A stretch of 64,000 nucleotides of DNA from Chrysomallon squamiferum (GCA_012295275.1 CM022676.1:16058001-16122000), one strand, 5' to 3'. Positions 37,082 through 58,503 are shown, counted from the first letter of the stretch. Notes: generated from the sequence alone by a model not told the origin. Made by a program: numbers and translations.

Positions 37082-39693
37082 TCACACTTAAGCACACACT
37101 TTCCTTATATTAGTTTGGGTTTCTGAGAATACACAATGAGAAACTATTTTAAATAAATAAATAAGTAAACATAGACGTCGTATTGGCAGATATATGCACG
37201 GGGTATGTAAATTGGTCGATAAACAGACATGAATAAGTAACATACGTACTTTGCCGTTATGTCACACTGACATACGCCACTTGTAAACTTGCAACGAGCT
37301 ATGTATATAAAGAAACGAATCAGGATGTAAATCACAGTAGTTGTGTTTGACCGAGACAAAATGATCTGTACAGTTTTTATAAAAGAAATGTCTTTCTTTC
37401 AGTGTACATGGATTTACTCATTTCTTATATCTACAGTCGTTTCAGGTATGTCAGTTTTATTATTCGTTTTATTAATATACGTAATAAGAGTGAACTACTT
37501 AATAATAATGGCACAAAAAGTTGCATTCACATGGATAATTATCGGATAAATCGAATTTCTTTTATACTATCCATTTTATTTAAGTCTCAGAAACATAGAA
37601 TTATGTTCTGAAATGAGAATTATGTTCTGGCCTGAGTAATGGCTTAAACTGCATCAACAAAATATTCACTGACAAACTTTCATATAAAGGATGTTATTGC
37701 TTTAGTGATAAATGTACTTCGTTACTATCACTGACCCTCGAATGTTGACATTGTCATAAAAACGTTTCAGACCTGATATCTGGTAATCAGGTAGTCCTTT
37801 TGGATGAAACGATTTCATTCGAAAGCTAAGTTGATAGGGTTTCCAAATGCGCCGTTAGTTCCTTAATACGTACAACTAAACTTTGGAACCCTTTTCACCT
37901 TTTGTTTGACATTACATTTGAGTTTGTTACCATGAGATCTTGAAATGACCACATAATATAGATATTACAGAATCTATAACATTTTGAGCTCAGTAGTGAA
38001 ATATACGCAATAGAGATGTGCAGAACCTTTTTAATGATTTAATATACACACATGTCTTGAAGTTAAACTATTCTTGGATACAGTTTTTGTTATTTGATTG
38101 CATTGTTATGTTACGGCTAAAATATAATGTGGCGAATTTAAAATTGTATTGTTACTTTACTTGGGGAATTTGACCTGGAATGAAACTCTGTCATATTTTA
38201 TTACATTTTTTGTTGCTTACTCTTAAGAATATGATATCTACTCCTCTAACTTCACCTTCATTATTAAATTACCCCGACATAGAACAAAAAATAAGAACCA
38301 AACAAAATAAATAAAAATAAAAATGCCATTTACAACCAAATAAATATGATGTGATACCGAAGAACTGTGACTTACAAGGCAAAGGACGAGCGGAAGATTT
38401 TAGTCAACAAGAAAAATTAATCCAGGAGAAGTAGTATGGAACCTTGTTTTGCTGTCTGTTATTACCTCTGTACTGTTCATAATTGATGTTCAGAAACTGC
38501 TGGGTGATATCGTCTCACGATTAAGCAATTTGTGTTAGGAGATGGCCGCCATATAGTCTATATTGTTCATAATCTTCGTACAAAATTATGGTGAATTTCA
38601 TATGAATAAGAGAGATAAAATCAAACTTTGAAAACCTGGCATAAATACTTTGGCTCTTTCATTCCGCACTGGTTCTTTTTTTCTTTCTTTTTTTGTTTCT
38701 GTTTTTCTTCGGGAGGAATAGAAAATATACAGGCAACAAGGAAAACTGTTTTTGAAAATAATACGCCTCGTCGAGACAAGTGTGTATTTGCAGAGCCCGT
38801 GTTTACCTTCGATCTACTCAGAGGTCTCTGTGGAGAACCACTGAAACGTTGGTCATAAGTAATGAGTTTGACTCTGAGATTTAGTAATATTGTATTCATA
38901 TTTGTCTTCATGCTATAATTATGCAGTATAGTCTGTGTTTCTAACTGTCTATATGTTTAATACACTCGACTTAAAATTTATACAAAATAATTATTTTGAT
39001 TCTCCGGTTATCAGTTTTGTCATTAAACAGGTTTCAAATGAATGCTTCTGTATTTTGGTTTATTTTGTTTTGTGTAATTATAAATGTATTTCGGAGATAA
39101 TACATCTCTTTGTACTGTTTGTTACTGTGCTGCTTATCTAATGGTTGAAGGTGGCATTATCGGTGATAGATATTATTAGTTGTATATTATTACTTTTTAG
39201 AATATCGTTTTATTTTTTTTATTTTTTTTTTTTTTCAGTTTTAATTATTATTATTATTACTTCTGGTCCACAATGTTTCTGACTGTGCATATTAAATTAA
39301 ACAGCTATAGAATAATAGAAAATTTCAAAAATTACAAAATACAACAGCACCAAACAATTTAGCAGTACCCTTAACAAGTCGACCCCGATAAAGTAACACA
39401 TGGCAACCGAAGAACCGTGACATATAAGATATGTGACTTCAGTCACGTTTTCAGGAGCAGACGATGCTTTTGTTAACGAGATTTTTACACTGAAACAAAA
39501 TAAACAGAAAGTTTTCATTTGGAAAGTGTTCAACGACAATACAACGGTTTTTCATAATTATAATTATACGACGTATTTACTATTATTATTTTCTTTTTTA
39601 ATTATTATTGTTTTTGCTGTGGTCCTTGATGGTGATACAAAAGTACTTCAAGCAAGCATTTCTCATTTGAAAATTTGGTATCTATATTATTTG

Positions 39694-39749
<56 letters not shown>

Positions 39750-40234
39750 TTTTCTTTTTCAGTTTAGGCTTTTGGACCCTAAGGCATGTTTGTATTTTCT
39801 TGATTATCTCTATTTTAATATAGTTTGTGATATGTCGTAATCTGTTGTTTGTTGTTTCAGTGGAACGATACATTCCTGTTAACTGTGAGTTACCCCTGTA
39901 CTCTGTAACTTAGTTTGTTTGTGATAGTGTTTGTTAACGTCCAGCACAGACAGCAGTTTGTAATAAACTATTTACACACATTTAGCTGTTGCGGTATAAG
40001 TAATGAACCGTTGTTGTCTGACCTAAATAACAAACATTAAGTTGATAAAAAAATCATCTCTATTCTGCCCGAATCGTTGCCATTAAAACGTGAACAGTCG
40101 ATAGCATAAATAATATTTAAAATAGTTTTCCAAGTGGACGTAAATAAAACTGTGCTTTATATTCTTGAATAATTGTGATTGTTTCTAGAAAAGGACCAGT
40201 ATGCATTATTATTATTATGTTATTTATTTTCTGA

Positions 40235-41494
40235 GTATGTAGAGAAATGCAAATAATTTTTACTGATTGTGTCTGTGCTTATGCGCAGATTATCAACAAT
40301 ACATTTTTCAGATCGTCGTACAATACACCCGGTATACCTTTCTTGTCTCGTCATACACTATTTTTAATCTGACCTATATAACAAACAAACACACACTCGC
40401 TATACAGGTTACGCGAGTATCATTTGAGTAAGTTGTGTTAGGAGTTTAAATCGGTTTCAGATGAATGACTCTGTATTTTACTGCTAGAAATCAGACGCCG
40501 AATTATATATATATATATATATACAGGGTGTCCCAAAAGTAACCGAACCGCAAACCTAAATAAAAATAGATATTAAAAATAACAAATTTAATCTGTATAT
40601 TTAGTATTTACAAATGTTCAAAATGTCTTCCTTGAACTTCAATACAATCACGACACCTTTTGACAACACTGCAACATACTTTTTGGCAAGCTTGCACTGA
40701 CATATGGTTCCATTAGTACTGAATACTTTGTTGATGAATTGTCCTAGGTTTACTAGCATAAACTGCGTTTTTTAGAACTACCCATAGAAAGAAATCAGGT
40801 GGTGTCAGATCCGGGGATCTAGCAGGCCATTCGATTGGTCCCCGGCGTGAACAGTATTAAAAGACCACGTCTTAAACATCTGCGTCGTCCCGGTAAAACA
40901 AGTCTCGATCACAAAGAACACTACAATCAACTACTACTGACAGAAGTAAATGAATAGTACAAAAGATAACATAAAATGACATAAGAGATGGAATTAAATT
41001 TGTTGTTTAAAATATCTAATTTTATTTAAGTTTGCCGTTCGGTTACTTTTCGGACATTACTTCCAAGCTACTTGGTCATTGATACATACATATGATTAAA
41101 AAGACAAAAATAAACAAAATAATAATTAAAATAAGTATTTAGAATCTGCTAGTTGTAGAATAAATGCGTAGATTGCACACAAAATATTCTGTTGCGTTTC
41201 AATTCATCGATAAATTATAAATATATAATAAAAAGTAATAATAATAATAAAATTAATATAACAAAAATAATTAAAATAGGCGTGTAGAATGTTGTCGGTG
41301 TAGATCACAAGTCAAAGTACCACGCATGTAGCTATCGTGGTAGCAGTACTGAGCTGTTGCTGTCTGATCTAAATAACAAATATTCACTTTTTAGGAAATG
41401 CACTGAATGAAAACGAGCTATTAAGACGTAAGCTGTTCACAGCCAGCAGAACACATTATTTTCACATAAAATATAATTATTTTCTCTGCGTGTG

Positions 41495-41526
<32 letters not shown>

Positions 41527-42536
41527 CCTCAATAAAAACATAATTTAGATTCTTAATGATGTGATTATTATTGTATTGTTTCTTCTTCTTCTTCTCCTTC
41601 TTCTTCTTCGTCTTCTTCTTCGTCTTCTTCTTCTTCTTCTTATTATTATTAAGTAAGCACAGGGAATCCTGAGAGTAAAGGTTTGCTATTTAATTTTCTG
41701 AGATATTTGTTACCCTGTCTCTGTTTACAATTTCCATTTGCTATGATTCTAATTCACAAAATTTGAATATGGAATGCATTTCACTGGTGTCGATAAACGA
41801 TGTTCGGACCTGCGTATTAATAACTGAAGAAGAAGAAGAAGATAACGTTCGGTATCCTGGTTACCGTGTATGATTTGAGTACGATTACATGTACAGGGAT
41901 ATATTTGTAAAACGAAAACAGCATTACAAAATTATCTTCACGTATGCTATAACGATCTATAGAATAAAATAATAATTACAAAAAAACAAACATACAACAA
42001 CTGGATAATAATTAACATTAATCTACAATGATTGTATGTATAGAATCATTCGAAACCGCAAAGTACGAAACGGACTATTTTCCGCTCGAAATATCATAAA
42101 ATATTTATAGTTCTCGTCAGTTGGTGTTCAGCACTGAAAAACCGTCGTTATATTTTAACATATTTAACATCTGAGCGTCCACCCTTTTGTTAAATATCAA
42201 ACAGTCATATCTAAATAGCATCCTTTGTCTTCTCTTTTGTGAATTGTAAAATGTTCGTACCAAGATATAATTCTTCAATGTGCACAGTTGGTTTAAGTTA
42301 GCTGTTCGGTTACAAAATGCTTGTATTATTATATTTGTCTCTTTGCCTGTTTATGAATTGTCAAGCAGTTACATCTAGAATCATTCTACAGTGTGTACTT
42401 CTGGATTCAGTTAGCTTTCTGATTATAAGATTAAGCTTAGTCAGTCAGAATGTAATGTATAGAAAAACAGGAATCAAGATAAACATTAAGTCATTGTGTC
42501 TGACAGAGGCAAAATGATTTGTTCAGTTTTTAAATA
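40235..42536 (+). repeat. Direct duplication of about 130-2435
   Basis: Shared anchors such as CAGATCGTCGTACAATACACCCGG, AGCTATCGTGGTAGCAGTACTGAGCTG and GATTATAAGATTAAGCTTAGTCAGTCAGAATG in the same order. Confidence 0.9.
40524..41056 (-). mobile_element. Internally deleted Tc1/mariner-superfamily element with D-type third catalytic residue (rosa/maT-like) and about 65-bp TIRs
   Basis: TA|CAGGGTGTCCCAAAAGTAACCGAACCGCAAACCTAAATAAAAATAGATA at the left end; imperfect reverse complement at about 40995-41056; minus-strand remnants RRGPIEWPARSPDLTPPDFFLWVVLKNAVYASKPRT and KRCRDCIEVQGRHFEHL-stop. Confidence 0.9.
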
Positions 42537-43654
42537 TGTACTTTTTGTAACTACAGTGGTTTAATATATATAATGTTTATCACAATACAAATTGGGTTAC
42601 ACATACTGGATTTGAGCATTCAGCAAACAAAATTTGGCGATCTAAACAGGTTTAAATCAAGAGATTAAATTTCTCAGGAACAGTGAATGCTACTTGTAAT
42701 GCATAATAGGGAGACTTGAGTTTAAATAAAGTGTGAACATCAATGAACGCAATTAATAACATGAACTGAGAGAGAAAACATTTTAAAAATTCAGTTGATT
42801 GTAGAAGAAAAAATATAAACATTAAAATAATTTAAAAACAACGAAAAAATATATTAAAGCATAAAAGTAAAAGAAAAAACTGTTTGCAGCAATCTGTCTG
42901 CGGATAGATATCAATTCCTAATCTCAAAATGTCGACGAAATTTTTACTTAAACTGACGAAGTGACTGAAAGAAAATACAAGTGAAACAAGATGAAAATCA
43001 TAACGAATGAACCCATAACGAGAATCGACTGATAAGTTTAGATATACCAGATTTTTCTAATTATTGATTGATGCATTTATTTAGTTATTATAAGGTATTC
43101 ACACTGATAATTTGAGTTTGCGTGTCATATGTATGGCAGAGCAATTTTTAAGTTAACGATCGTTAAAAATAACGAATTATGAAATCAAAATGTTTCGGTT
43201 TAAATAATATTATTAATTTCATTATTTTGATCTTTGCTTAAAACTCGTGTTTTTAAATACTTTTGTACTGGTTGATGACAACACTTCCTGGTTCACAAGT
43301 ACGATCAATGTTCGGCTTAATGGACGATATTACGTGTTAAGTTATTATTGTTCAGCTCTTCCGCTGGGTATAGGCGGCTAAACGGAACCAAATATTAGAA
43401 GGACACATTAGCTATATTTTATTACATCACAAATTTGATAATTTACTTTAATACTTACTATAATAATGCTTATAAACATTAGTCACATGCACAGATGCTT
43501 ATTAATACGTGCATACATGATTATTTAAACGCATACATATATATATATATATACATATGTACAAACATGTATATATACACACATACAAATAAGTATCCAT
43601 TTTAGTTAAAAGCAAATCGTTGTAGAAAAAAATATGTATTTGTGTTGATTTGTG

Positions 43655-43686
<32 letters not shown>

Positions 43687-45980
43687 CTTTGTGTGTATGC
43701 ACATACACGTTTTTGATTATACCTATGGAGAAAAAGGTAAATACTCTGAATATATTTTGCCTGCTACCGAATTGTTTTATTTTATTTTGTCTGATCCACT
43801 ATTAGGACAAGTCCACGGTATCAGAATTCAGAAGGTTTAATCTAAAACAAAATACCAGAGATATATGTGGTTTGATGGGTAATAGGAAATGTGTGTATGA
43901 AGGATGTAACACCAAATGGACGTGAGAAAAAAAGTAACCTTATTTCCAAAGTGTCTACAATTTTTGGGATGGTCAAATAAACATTTATCATTTGCTTCAT
44001 TTACCATTTCCATAAAAAAGGAATTAATTAATTGTTTAATGGTTAATATATGTTGGTAACAGCTTCGGAATGTGCCTGTGTTGGTAAATCACCAATAACA
44101 TGATTCTTCGATAGTTACAAATTAAAAATGTGTCTGTGTACAATATTCAAGACATTAAAGATATTTATTCGCTGAAAAATGTATTAGAATTTGTTACTCA
44201 ATCAGTACAGAAGTTCAGAACAGAACATCTGTATTAAAACACACGGACATACGAACCGTTGTTCACAGAATCAGATACACACAAACAGAACCACAGAAAT
44301 ACACGCTCCCGTGCAATCACATTTAGACATGTTCATTGAGGTATATACGTATCTCAAGTATACATAATGACAAACGATTTGAAATAAATAAATACAGATA
44401 GACAGATAAATCAAGATGAATAGAAAGACAAGTGGACAAACTATACAAATAAAGGTTTTCTTCAGTGTTCTTGATTACAATAAAAATGTTTACCTCATCT
44501 GTGTTATACGTTCCATTCCAACTACTAAGAACAAAGATGCGTACGATTACGAAATAAACTTCGTCAGTCAACTTGTCATGTATATAAGGCTAGGAACGAG
44601 GATCTGAATTAAAGTAGTTGTGTTTGTTGGAGACAGATTGATGTAGTCAGTTTTTAATTAAGAAATGTCTTTCTTTCCATAAGCATGGATTTATTTACTG
44701 CAGTCATTTCACGTATGTCATATTATTTGTATGTATATAGTTATAAAGAAAGAAATAATCGATAGTTATAATGATAATTAAAATTGTGTATCAGTGAGGT
44801 ATGGAATTATGAAGATCGTGAATTGAAAAATGGATAAGTCTGCACTGACAAAAGATTCACAGCAGAAAGTATGTTTGTTAGATGATGTTGGTACAACAGG
44901 CTTAATAATATTCGCGCTCGAATGTTGAGATTTTGGCGCAATGGGCATAACTGCGACTATTTTTAGATTGATACATTTTGATGAAAATGTTTTATTGGAA
45001 GGATAATTTGGTAAGGAGTCCAAATGAGCCACTAGGAGGTAGGAACTACATTTTGGAATATTTTTACCTTTTGCTCGACCTTGAAATGACTTCAATTGAA
45101 AATTAAAGTTCAAAGTGTTACCTACAACGCAAAATGTAATATTTTGAGTTTAATTGTGAAATGCACTTAAAACGAACATGCTGACCACACAATGTCCATT
45201 TTCACACTTTTAGAGATTAAATAATACAAAAAAGCACCAGGTTGCAATATTTTTAAAAAACTAAGATTATCAAACTATAGATTTTAATTATTTATTTATT
45301 TAGTTATTTATTTATTTTTTTGTGTGTGGGGTATATATATATATATATAAACCGGTAAGAAAGAACCAACTAGAGGACTAGATGTAATAATCTCAAGAAT
45401 AACAAAACATTCAGCACAGAAATAATAAAATATATGTGTATGTATATGTTCTCTAGTTGTATCGTTCTTACTGGTTTCTGGTAGTACAAATTAAATTACA
45501 CAGCCACAGAATAAAAGAAAATTTAAAAAATTACAAAATACAATAACATCAAACAATTAAGCAGTATCAGTTTGTTTATTTACCCGTAACAAGTTGCACG
45601 GCTTCTTTAAACTCTTTTTATCTTAATTTGACCCCTGTAAAGTGACACCTGATAACTTAAGAACCGTGACTTGCAAGTTATGTGACTTCGATCACGTTCT
45701 CAAGAACAAACGAATACAAAACAACTTCAAACAGAAAGTTTTCATTTATAAAGTGTTCAACGACGATAAATGATGTTGAGTAATGTCTAATAATAACTGA
45801 AGATAAATATGAAAATAACACTTAAATATTTTGTATTTAATAATTACTATTGACATCCGTATAGACATTCATATTCACACGTCAAATTTTTTAATGACAT
45901 TGTCTTCACGAAAGAGCGTGGCAAACAATAGTCTATTATTATTTTGATAGGCTGTAATGTGCAGTTAACTTGTGTCAATA

Positions 45981-46180
45981 NNNNNNNNNNNNNNNNNNNN
46001 NNNNNNNNNNNNNNNNNNNNNNNNNNNNNNNNNNNNNNNNNNNNNNNNNNNNNNNNNNNNNNNNNNNNNNNNNNNNNNNNNNNNNNNNNNNNNNNNNNNN
46101 NNNNNNNNNNNNNNNNNNNNNNNNNNNNNNNNNNNNNNNNNNNNNNNNNNNNNNNNNNNNNNNNNNNNNNNNNNNNNNNN
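45981..46180. other. Assembly gap (200 N)
   Basis: Run of N; the round number suggests a scaffolding placeholder of unknown true size. Confidence 0.99.
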
Positions 46181-46487
46181 AATTTGTTGATTTTAAATTT
46201 GAATGGGTTTCAGTACTTTAGCAATAATTTGACCTCAAGATTTTCGTATTTCGCAAACAATTTTAGGTCTTTTTTAAAATGAAACAGAACACAGCGTGAA
46301 GAAAATATAGTGGAATAAATAAACAGGGTGTTACATTTACTACAAATATTCATAACAAACCAAACATTGAAGAATTTCTAACAGTTTTCATATTGCGTCA
46401 TTTCATTCAAATTCTACATGTTTACCTTTATATACTGATAGAAGGAAAAACAAAGACAACAAAAAAAATGATTTCTGTGCTGCGAAC

Positions 46488-52815
<6,328 letters not shown>

Positions 52816-52843
52816 TCCTGAGTGATTCTAGTGCATTATCTGA

Positions 52844-52886
<43 letters not shown>

Positions 52887-52951
52887 TAATAATGATGATA
52901 ACAATAATAATGATGATGATGATAATAATAACAATAATAATACTAATGCTG

Positions 52952-53003
<52 letters not shown>

Positions 53004-54461
53004 CAACGTCAATGGTAATAGTAAAAACAATAACTGTTCATGAAATCCAAGCAGTCAGAAAAAATATGACCTATTTTAATTCTAACTTCAAATTGTTTTC
53101 GCTATCTCCAATATTTTTTCTTCCTATTAGAGCAGCCAATGAAATGTGTGTAAAACTCCCTAGAAGAAGGAAGTCAGTCTTGTTAAGTATTTCAACAAGC
53201 TGCATTGTTTTAAAAAGGAAACATGTTACTATTGTTCATACAATATAAAAAAAAATGTAAACATAAAATAAAGTTGTAACTTCTCAGTAATATTACTATA
53301 TCTATAGTTGTGACAAAAATAAATGCTATATCATTACTTTTGTTTATCATTTTTTACGTTAATCCCGGAGATCTATGAAACTGTATTTCAGCAAATATAT
53401 TTATTTTCTTTATAAAAATAGAGATCATTTTATTGAATTAATAATTTGTATATGTATTTTACATTAAGGTTGTGTAGTCTCTATTAATCTAATAGGGAAA
53501 TTCAAAGCCAAGTAAAATCCGTATTAATAATAATAATAAATAAATAAGCTTCATCTAAAATAAATATTAATGTTTAACATGCGTAGTACACTTTTGTTAT
53601 GGGAAAATAAGTGATGACGAACGCTTCAAGGTATTTTTGAACTCACTTCGACATATACTACGTACCTAACAAATCATACAATAGTAGATCATTTAGTACA
53701 AATTGCATTATTCAGTCTCCTTTTTCGTACGATACAGTTTGTTTTATACAGTCTAATACGAATTCAAACAGGTTCTAAAAAAAAAACTATCCAACTGAAA
53801 TTCAACTTTCACAATACAAACTTGTAACTTCTGTAACTATTATTGTTCATTGTAATTCGTTATCCATCCAGTTTCTCTCCATGTTTTCTTCAGATACTCT
53901 CATTGTAAAGTGCTTTGAGTGTCCCTGTTAGGAGGAAAGGATACTCAGCAAGTCATCCTTATTACTAAAATAGGTTAGACTTTACTAGCACTTAAATAGT
54001 AACTAAATTCTGAAGAAAACTGGAACTTGTTAAATAAAAACGTTAATATTTCAGATTTTCTCAAATGTATTTCATAAATTCATTTCAGATATTGGACTGT
54101 GTCCTCCTGCGACAGTGCGTTCCTGAATATTGTCAATGCGCAGAGTCTAATCAGATGTATTTATGACAGAGAATATTCAAATCCTGAACTACATACACAC
54201 ATACATTTACTCATACATACAAACAAAAACATAAATACAAAGCAAACTCCTACCCTGTTTTCGCATCTCTTACAAAATGCAGGGCAAGAAAGTTGGGTCT
54301 TTATGTGTATCGTCATTCCATTTAGATTTTTTAATTTAGTGATCGGCTCTCTCTGCCAAATGTTGCTTTCGTACAGTTTCCAGTAATAGTCACTACGTCG
54401 TAAAATGTCAAATATTTCATGACTTCATATTTTAAACTACAGAGTCAGTGTTCACTCGCGA

Positions 54462-54469
54462 TGACGTCA
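54462..54469. promoter_or_regulatory. Perfect CRE palindrome TGACGTCA in the spacer between divergent genes 2 and 3
   Basis: TCACTCGCGATGACGTCACGGG, a locally CpG-rich patch; function inferred only. Confidence 0.35.
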
Positions 54470-55004
54470 CGGGCTAAATCTCACCCTTTTGTACTGAACT
54501 TCACCTTACTTTTAACCCACGGTAACGTTTAACTCGCCTTCTTAATTTCATTTGTTTTTCTTGTATTTTATTTCTTTCTTTGTTTTTTTTTTTTATTATT
54601 ATTAGTAGTAGTAGTATTAGTAGTAGTATCAATATTTGTAGTAGTAGTATTTTAACCACTAATAAATATATCACTTTTAAGTTGAAAGTATCAGTACATC
54701 TTGCATCCATTTTCTGAAACGATCACGTAAACACATTTTGCGATCGGACATCTGACTTCTGTTCTTTTCGTCATGTTATACATCTTTTAAATAAATCGTG
54801 TGACAAACTGTATGAATAGCTCTTTAAATGCATTGTTTTACAGTTGTGATTAGAGTTTGACAATAAACACACCTTCTTTAAAGTTGTGTACAAACCAAAT
54901 TAATAGAAATGAATATGATAACTGACTGTACATAATTATATGAGTAACAAAGATTACAATTAACAAACCAACTTAAGTAGAGGTCCGAAACTCGAGAAGA
55001 CACA

Positions 55005-57601
55005 ATTGTACAATAGTCACCTGTTTCCTTTTTGAAACAATGCAGCTCGTTGAAATACATAAGTAGACTGACTTCCTTCTTCTACGAAAGCTTTGAACAA
55101 ATTTCATTCGGTGCTCTAACAGTAAGAGAAAAGTATTGTAGATAGCGAAAACATTTGACGTTAGTTTTCAATAAGGTCATGCTTGTTTTTTTTTTTTTTT
55201 TTTATTTGACTTTTTTGTTTGTGTTTTTCTGGCTGCGTTGGTTTCATAGATGGTTACTGCTATTACTATTTCTGTTGTCGTTCGTATTAGTATTATTATT
55301 ATTAATAATGTTTTGTTGTTAGTGTTATTGTTATTATTATTATTATTATTATAATTACTATTGCTATTATTTCAGATACTGCATTAGAATCATTCAGATA
55401 TGCGGACAGATATTTTATTTTTCTGCTTTCTTTATATAAATATTTTTATTCTGCGCTCGAGCACTGGTAAGTTAAATCTAAACTAATTTCATATATTTGT
55501 TTTTCATCTTCTTCTTAAGAGTTCAATTTAGTATTTATAATTTAATATTAGTGTTAGTAGCTGTGATTGTTGTAATAGTAATATAATAAGGAAATGTAAT
55601 AGTCGTAATTGTAATAATAGTAAAACTAGCAACAGTAAAATTATACTACTATTTGTAATTACAACACAAGCACTAGTATTAAACATAGCAACAGCAGCAG
55701 AATAATAGTTATAGAAAAACAAGTATATATTTTAAAATAATAGCTTTGGTAGAAAAAGGTTATGACAAAGAAACAGTAATAATTTTATTAATATTAAAAT
55801 ATCTATGATCAAATTAATGTTAAAAATACTAATTACTGATATTTATAACAACACTAGAGTTCTAACAGATTTCATGGCTCTTTAATTTTATTGCAAAATT
55901 ACTGTTTTTACAACAGAAAATTAAAAGATATGTTAATTCACATTTCTTGTTTTTCTTCTAAGAAATTATACTATTGTATCGCACTTATCATATTTAACAT
56001 GTTATTATTTCAGTACGAGTAAGGTTAACGAATGGAAGAGGAATACTAACACAAGGTCGAGTTGAGATTCAAGTAAACGGGACGTGGGGAACAATCTGTG
56101 ATGATGATTTTGATGAGAAAGCTGCTGCTGTTTTATGTCACATGATAGGATTTGCTCGGTAATTGTTTTATTTACTTGTTTTTCATTTACTTATTTACTT
56201 TCTCATGTACTACTTATTGTTAAACAACAATTTTATACGTAGATGTAATTTCACACAAAATCAAAGTTAGTAAAGGTGTATATATCAGGTTGTTTTCGAC
56301 GTGATTCCTAATAATAATAATAATAATAATAATAAATATAATAAACCTAGCAATATTTTCACAACCACTTTTGGCATCAAAGCATTATTGTATTAAATGT
56401 TGTTGAAATCAGCAAGTAACGAATCATTTTTGAAATCCAGGACTAAAATGAGGCTTGTTGATTGTTTTGTAAACCATGTTGTATTCTATTTCCTATACTG
56501 TACATATTTTTTCTTTTTCTTTTAGTTTTAGTGCTACACCATATCAAAGAGCTCACTTTGGAGAAGGATCTGGTCAAATATGGCTTGATGAGCTGGAATG
56601 TGATGGAGATGAAGACAGTGTTGAAAAGTGTTCATTTCCTGACTGGGGAAAGCAGAACTGAGGTCACAGGGAGGATGCTGGAATCAGCTGTCAATGTCAG
56701 TGTACACGCGACATTTTATTTTAATTTAATTTATTTTATTTTACTTTATTTTACTTACTTCTTCATCTATGAAAAAAACGTGTATCTTTTACAAATGATT
56801 ACATTAGCAAATTTAATGTTGTTTCTTTAATCGTTAGGAAGCACCTTACCTCTGTAGCGGCAGAATATGTTCTGGCAGTATCAAACAGTGACATATCAAA
56901 TTCAGTCCATTTATTCTAAACGATGACAGTTTTAGGAACTGAACAGGACTGAATTGTTTGTCATTTATTGATGTCAGGGTTCAAAGGTTTGAAGTTTCTA
57001 TATTTGTTTAGTGCACGCTAATAATGATAATAGTAGTAATAATTGAAACAAACAAACAAGCAATAAGTCAGAAAATGGACAAAATGTTTCACTACCAAAA
57101 AATTCAACATAATCTTAAATGAAATAGAGATTCACTAATGATTTAATAAAATTAGTGTGCCACCAAAATATTTTAAAATTTACTTTGAATTCTGTTTGTA
57201 ATGATTCCAGCCATTTTGAAAACACTGGAATGAAATATTTTTTCTTTTACTTCAGTGTAAACAGTTAGAAATTTGATGATGTTCAGTTTACCTTGAATGT
57301 TTGTAATAAATTAAACAGCCGGTTTATTTGTTCTACTGTGTTATCTTCATGTTGTGTCTATTTTTCTTTAAAAAAGACCTAAACAAATTTGGGAAATATA
57401 TTTTTTTACTATTTCTATCAACAAAATTTCAACGCATCAATCTTGAGATTACCGAAATCTGTTCAAAATAAGAATAATGAAATGTTTTAATTCGTAGTCT
57501 TATCAGTTTAATTTTCTTCTAAACATCTTGAATCTTTTGTCTTTAATTTTTGTTGTTGTTTATTTTCTAGTTCTTCTCCTGCTTTCTCTTCTTCTTCTCC
57601 C

Positions 57602-57683
<82 letters not shown>

Positions 57684-58273
57684 AAAAAAAAAAAAAAAAA
57701 AGTGTGTATCTCAGACTAATCAGGTGGAGTTGAACTAAAACTGAATTTTCATTTTAATATTTGAACAAAAATGAGATATCAGAATATGGAAAAGTGACAG
57801 GGTCAAACATATGGAACAATTTTCGCTATTTTCTTTTACTTTTTATTCCAGTGCCTGTCAGACTAGTCAATAGTGGAGGTATTTCAACACAGAGTCGAGT
57901 TGAGATCAAACTTAACGATACATGGGGAACTGTCTGTAGTGACAAATTTGACGACAAAGATGCAGGCTTTATCTGTACACTTTTAGGATTCAGTCAGTAA
58001 GAATGTTTTATCTTCATTTAAACTCTATAATTTATAAACAGTGATAAACAATTATTATGTTTATATTTCCGCCATAAAAAGTAAATTAAAATTGGAATTA
58101 AAAAATTATGTTTGAAATTAGCCCGCAGTACATCTTCATCAACATTTCTGTTAATCAAGATGAGACAACTCAGCTTGTGATTTGTAAATCCAAGATTCAA
58201 CGCTAAGACGTATCAGAATGTTCACTTTGGAGAAGGAACAGGACCAGTGTGGGTTGATGATGTTAACTGTGTT
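55005..58273. repeat. Inverted duplication arm pairing with about 50550-53245
   Basis: 55021-55150 is the approximate reverse complement of 53095-53230; homology extends through signal, X and Y exons and parts of the introns. Confidence 0.88.
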
Positions 58274-58457
58274 ATTTTATTTTTTATTTATTTGTTTTTA
58301 TTGGTTTTGTTTGTTGTTGTTGTTTTTTTTTTTTTTTTTTTTTTTTGCCAATATGTTTTAACTACTACTATTACTATTCTTTGTCTTACTACTACTAACA
58401 CTACAGCAACAATTAATAGTACTACTACTACTGCTACGATTACTACTACTATTACTA

Positions 58458-58503
<46 letters not shown>

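Noticed and set aside
38621-38911. ORFs on both strands around 38.6-38.9 kb
   Set aside because: No domain signature or convincing splice partners; cannot be supported without a search.
45944-46282. ORFs containing runs of X
   Set aside because: Artefacts of the N gap.
56659-56661. In-frame TGA at a conserved Cys position as possible selenocysteine
   Set aside because: It is a single TGT-to-TGA change in a gene with several other disabling lesions; the position is a structural disulphide Cys; no SECIS recognised.
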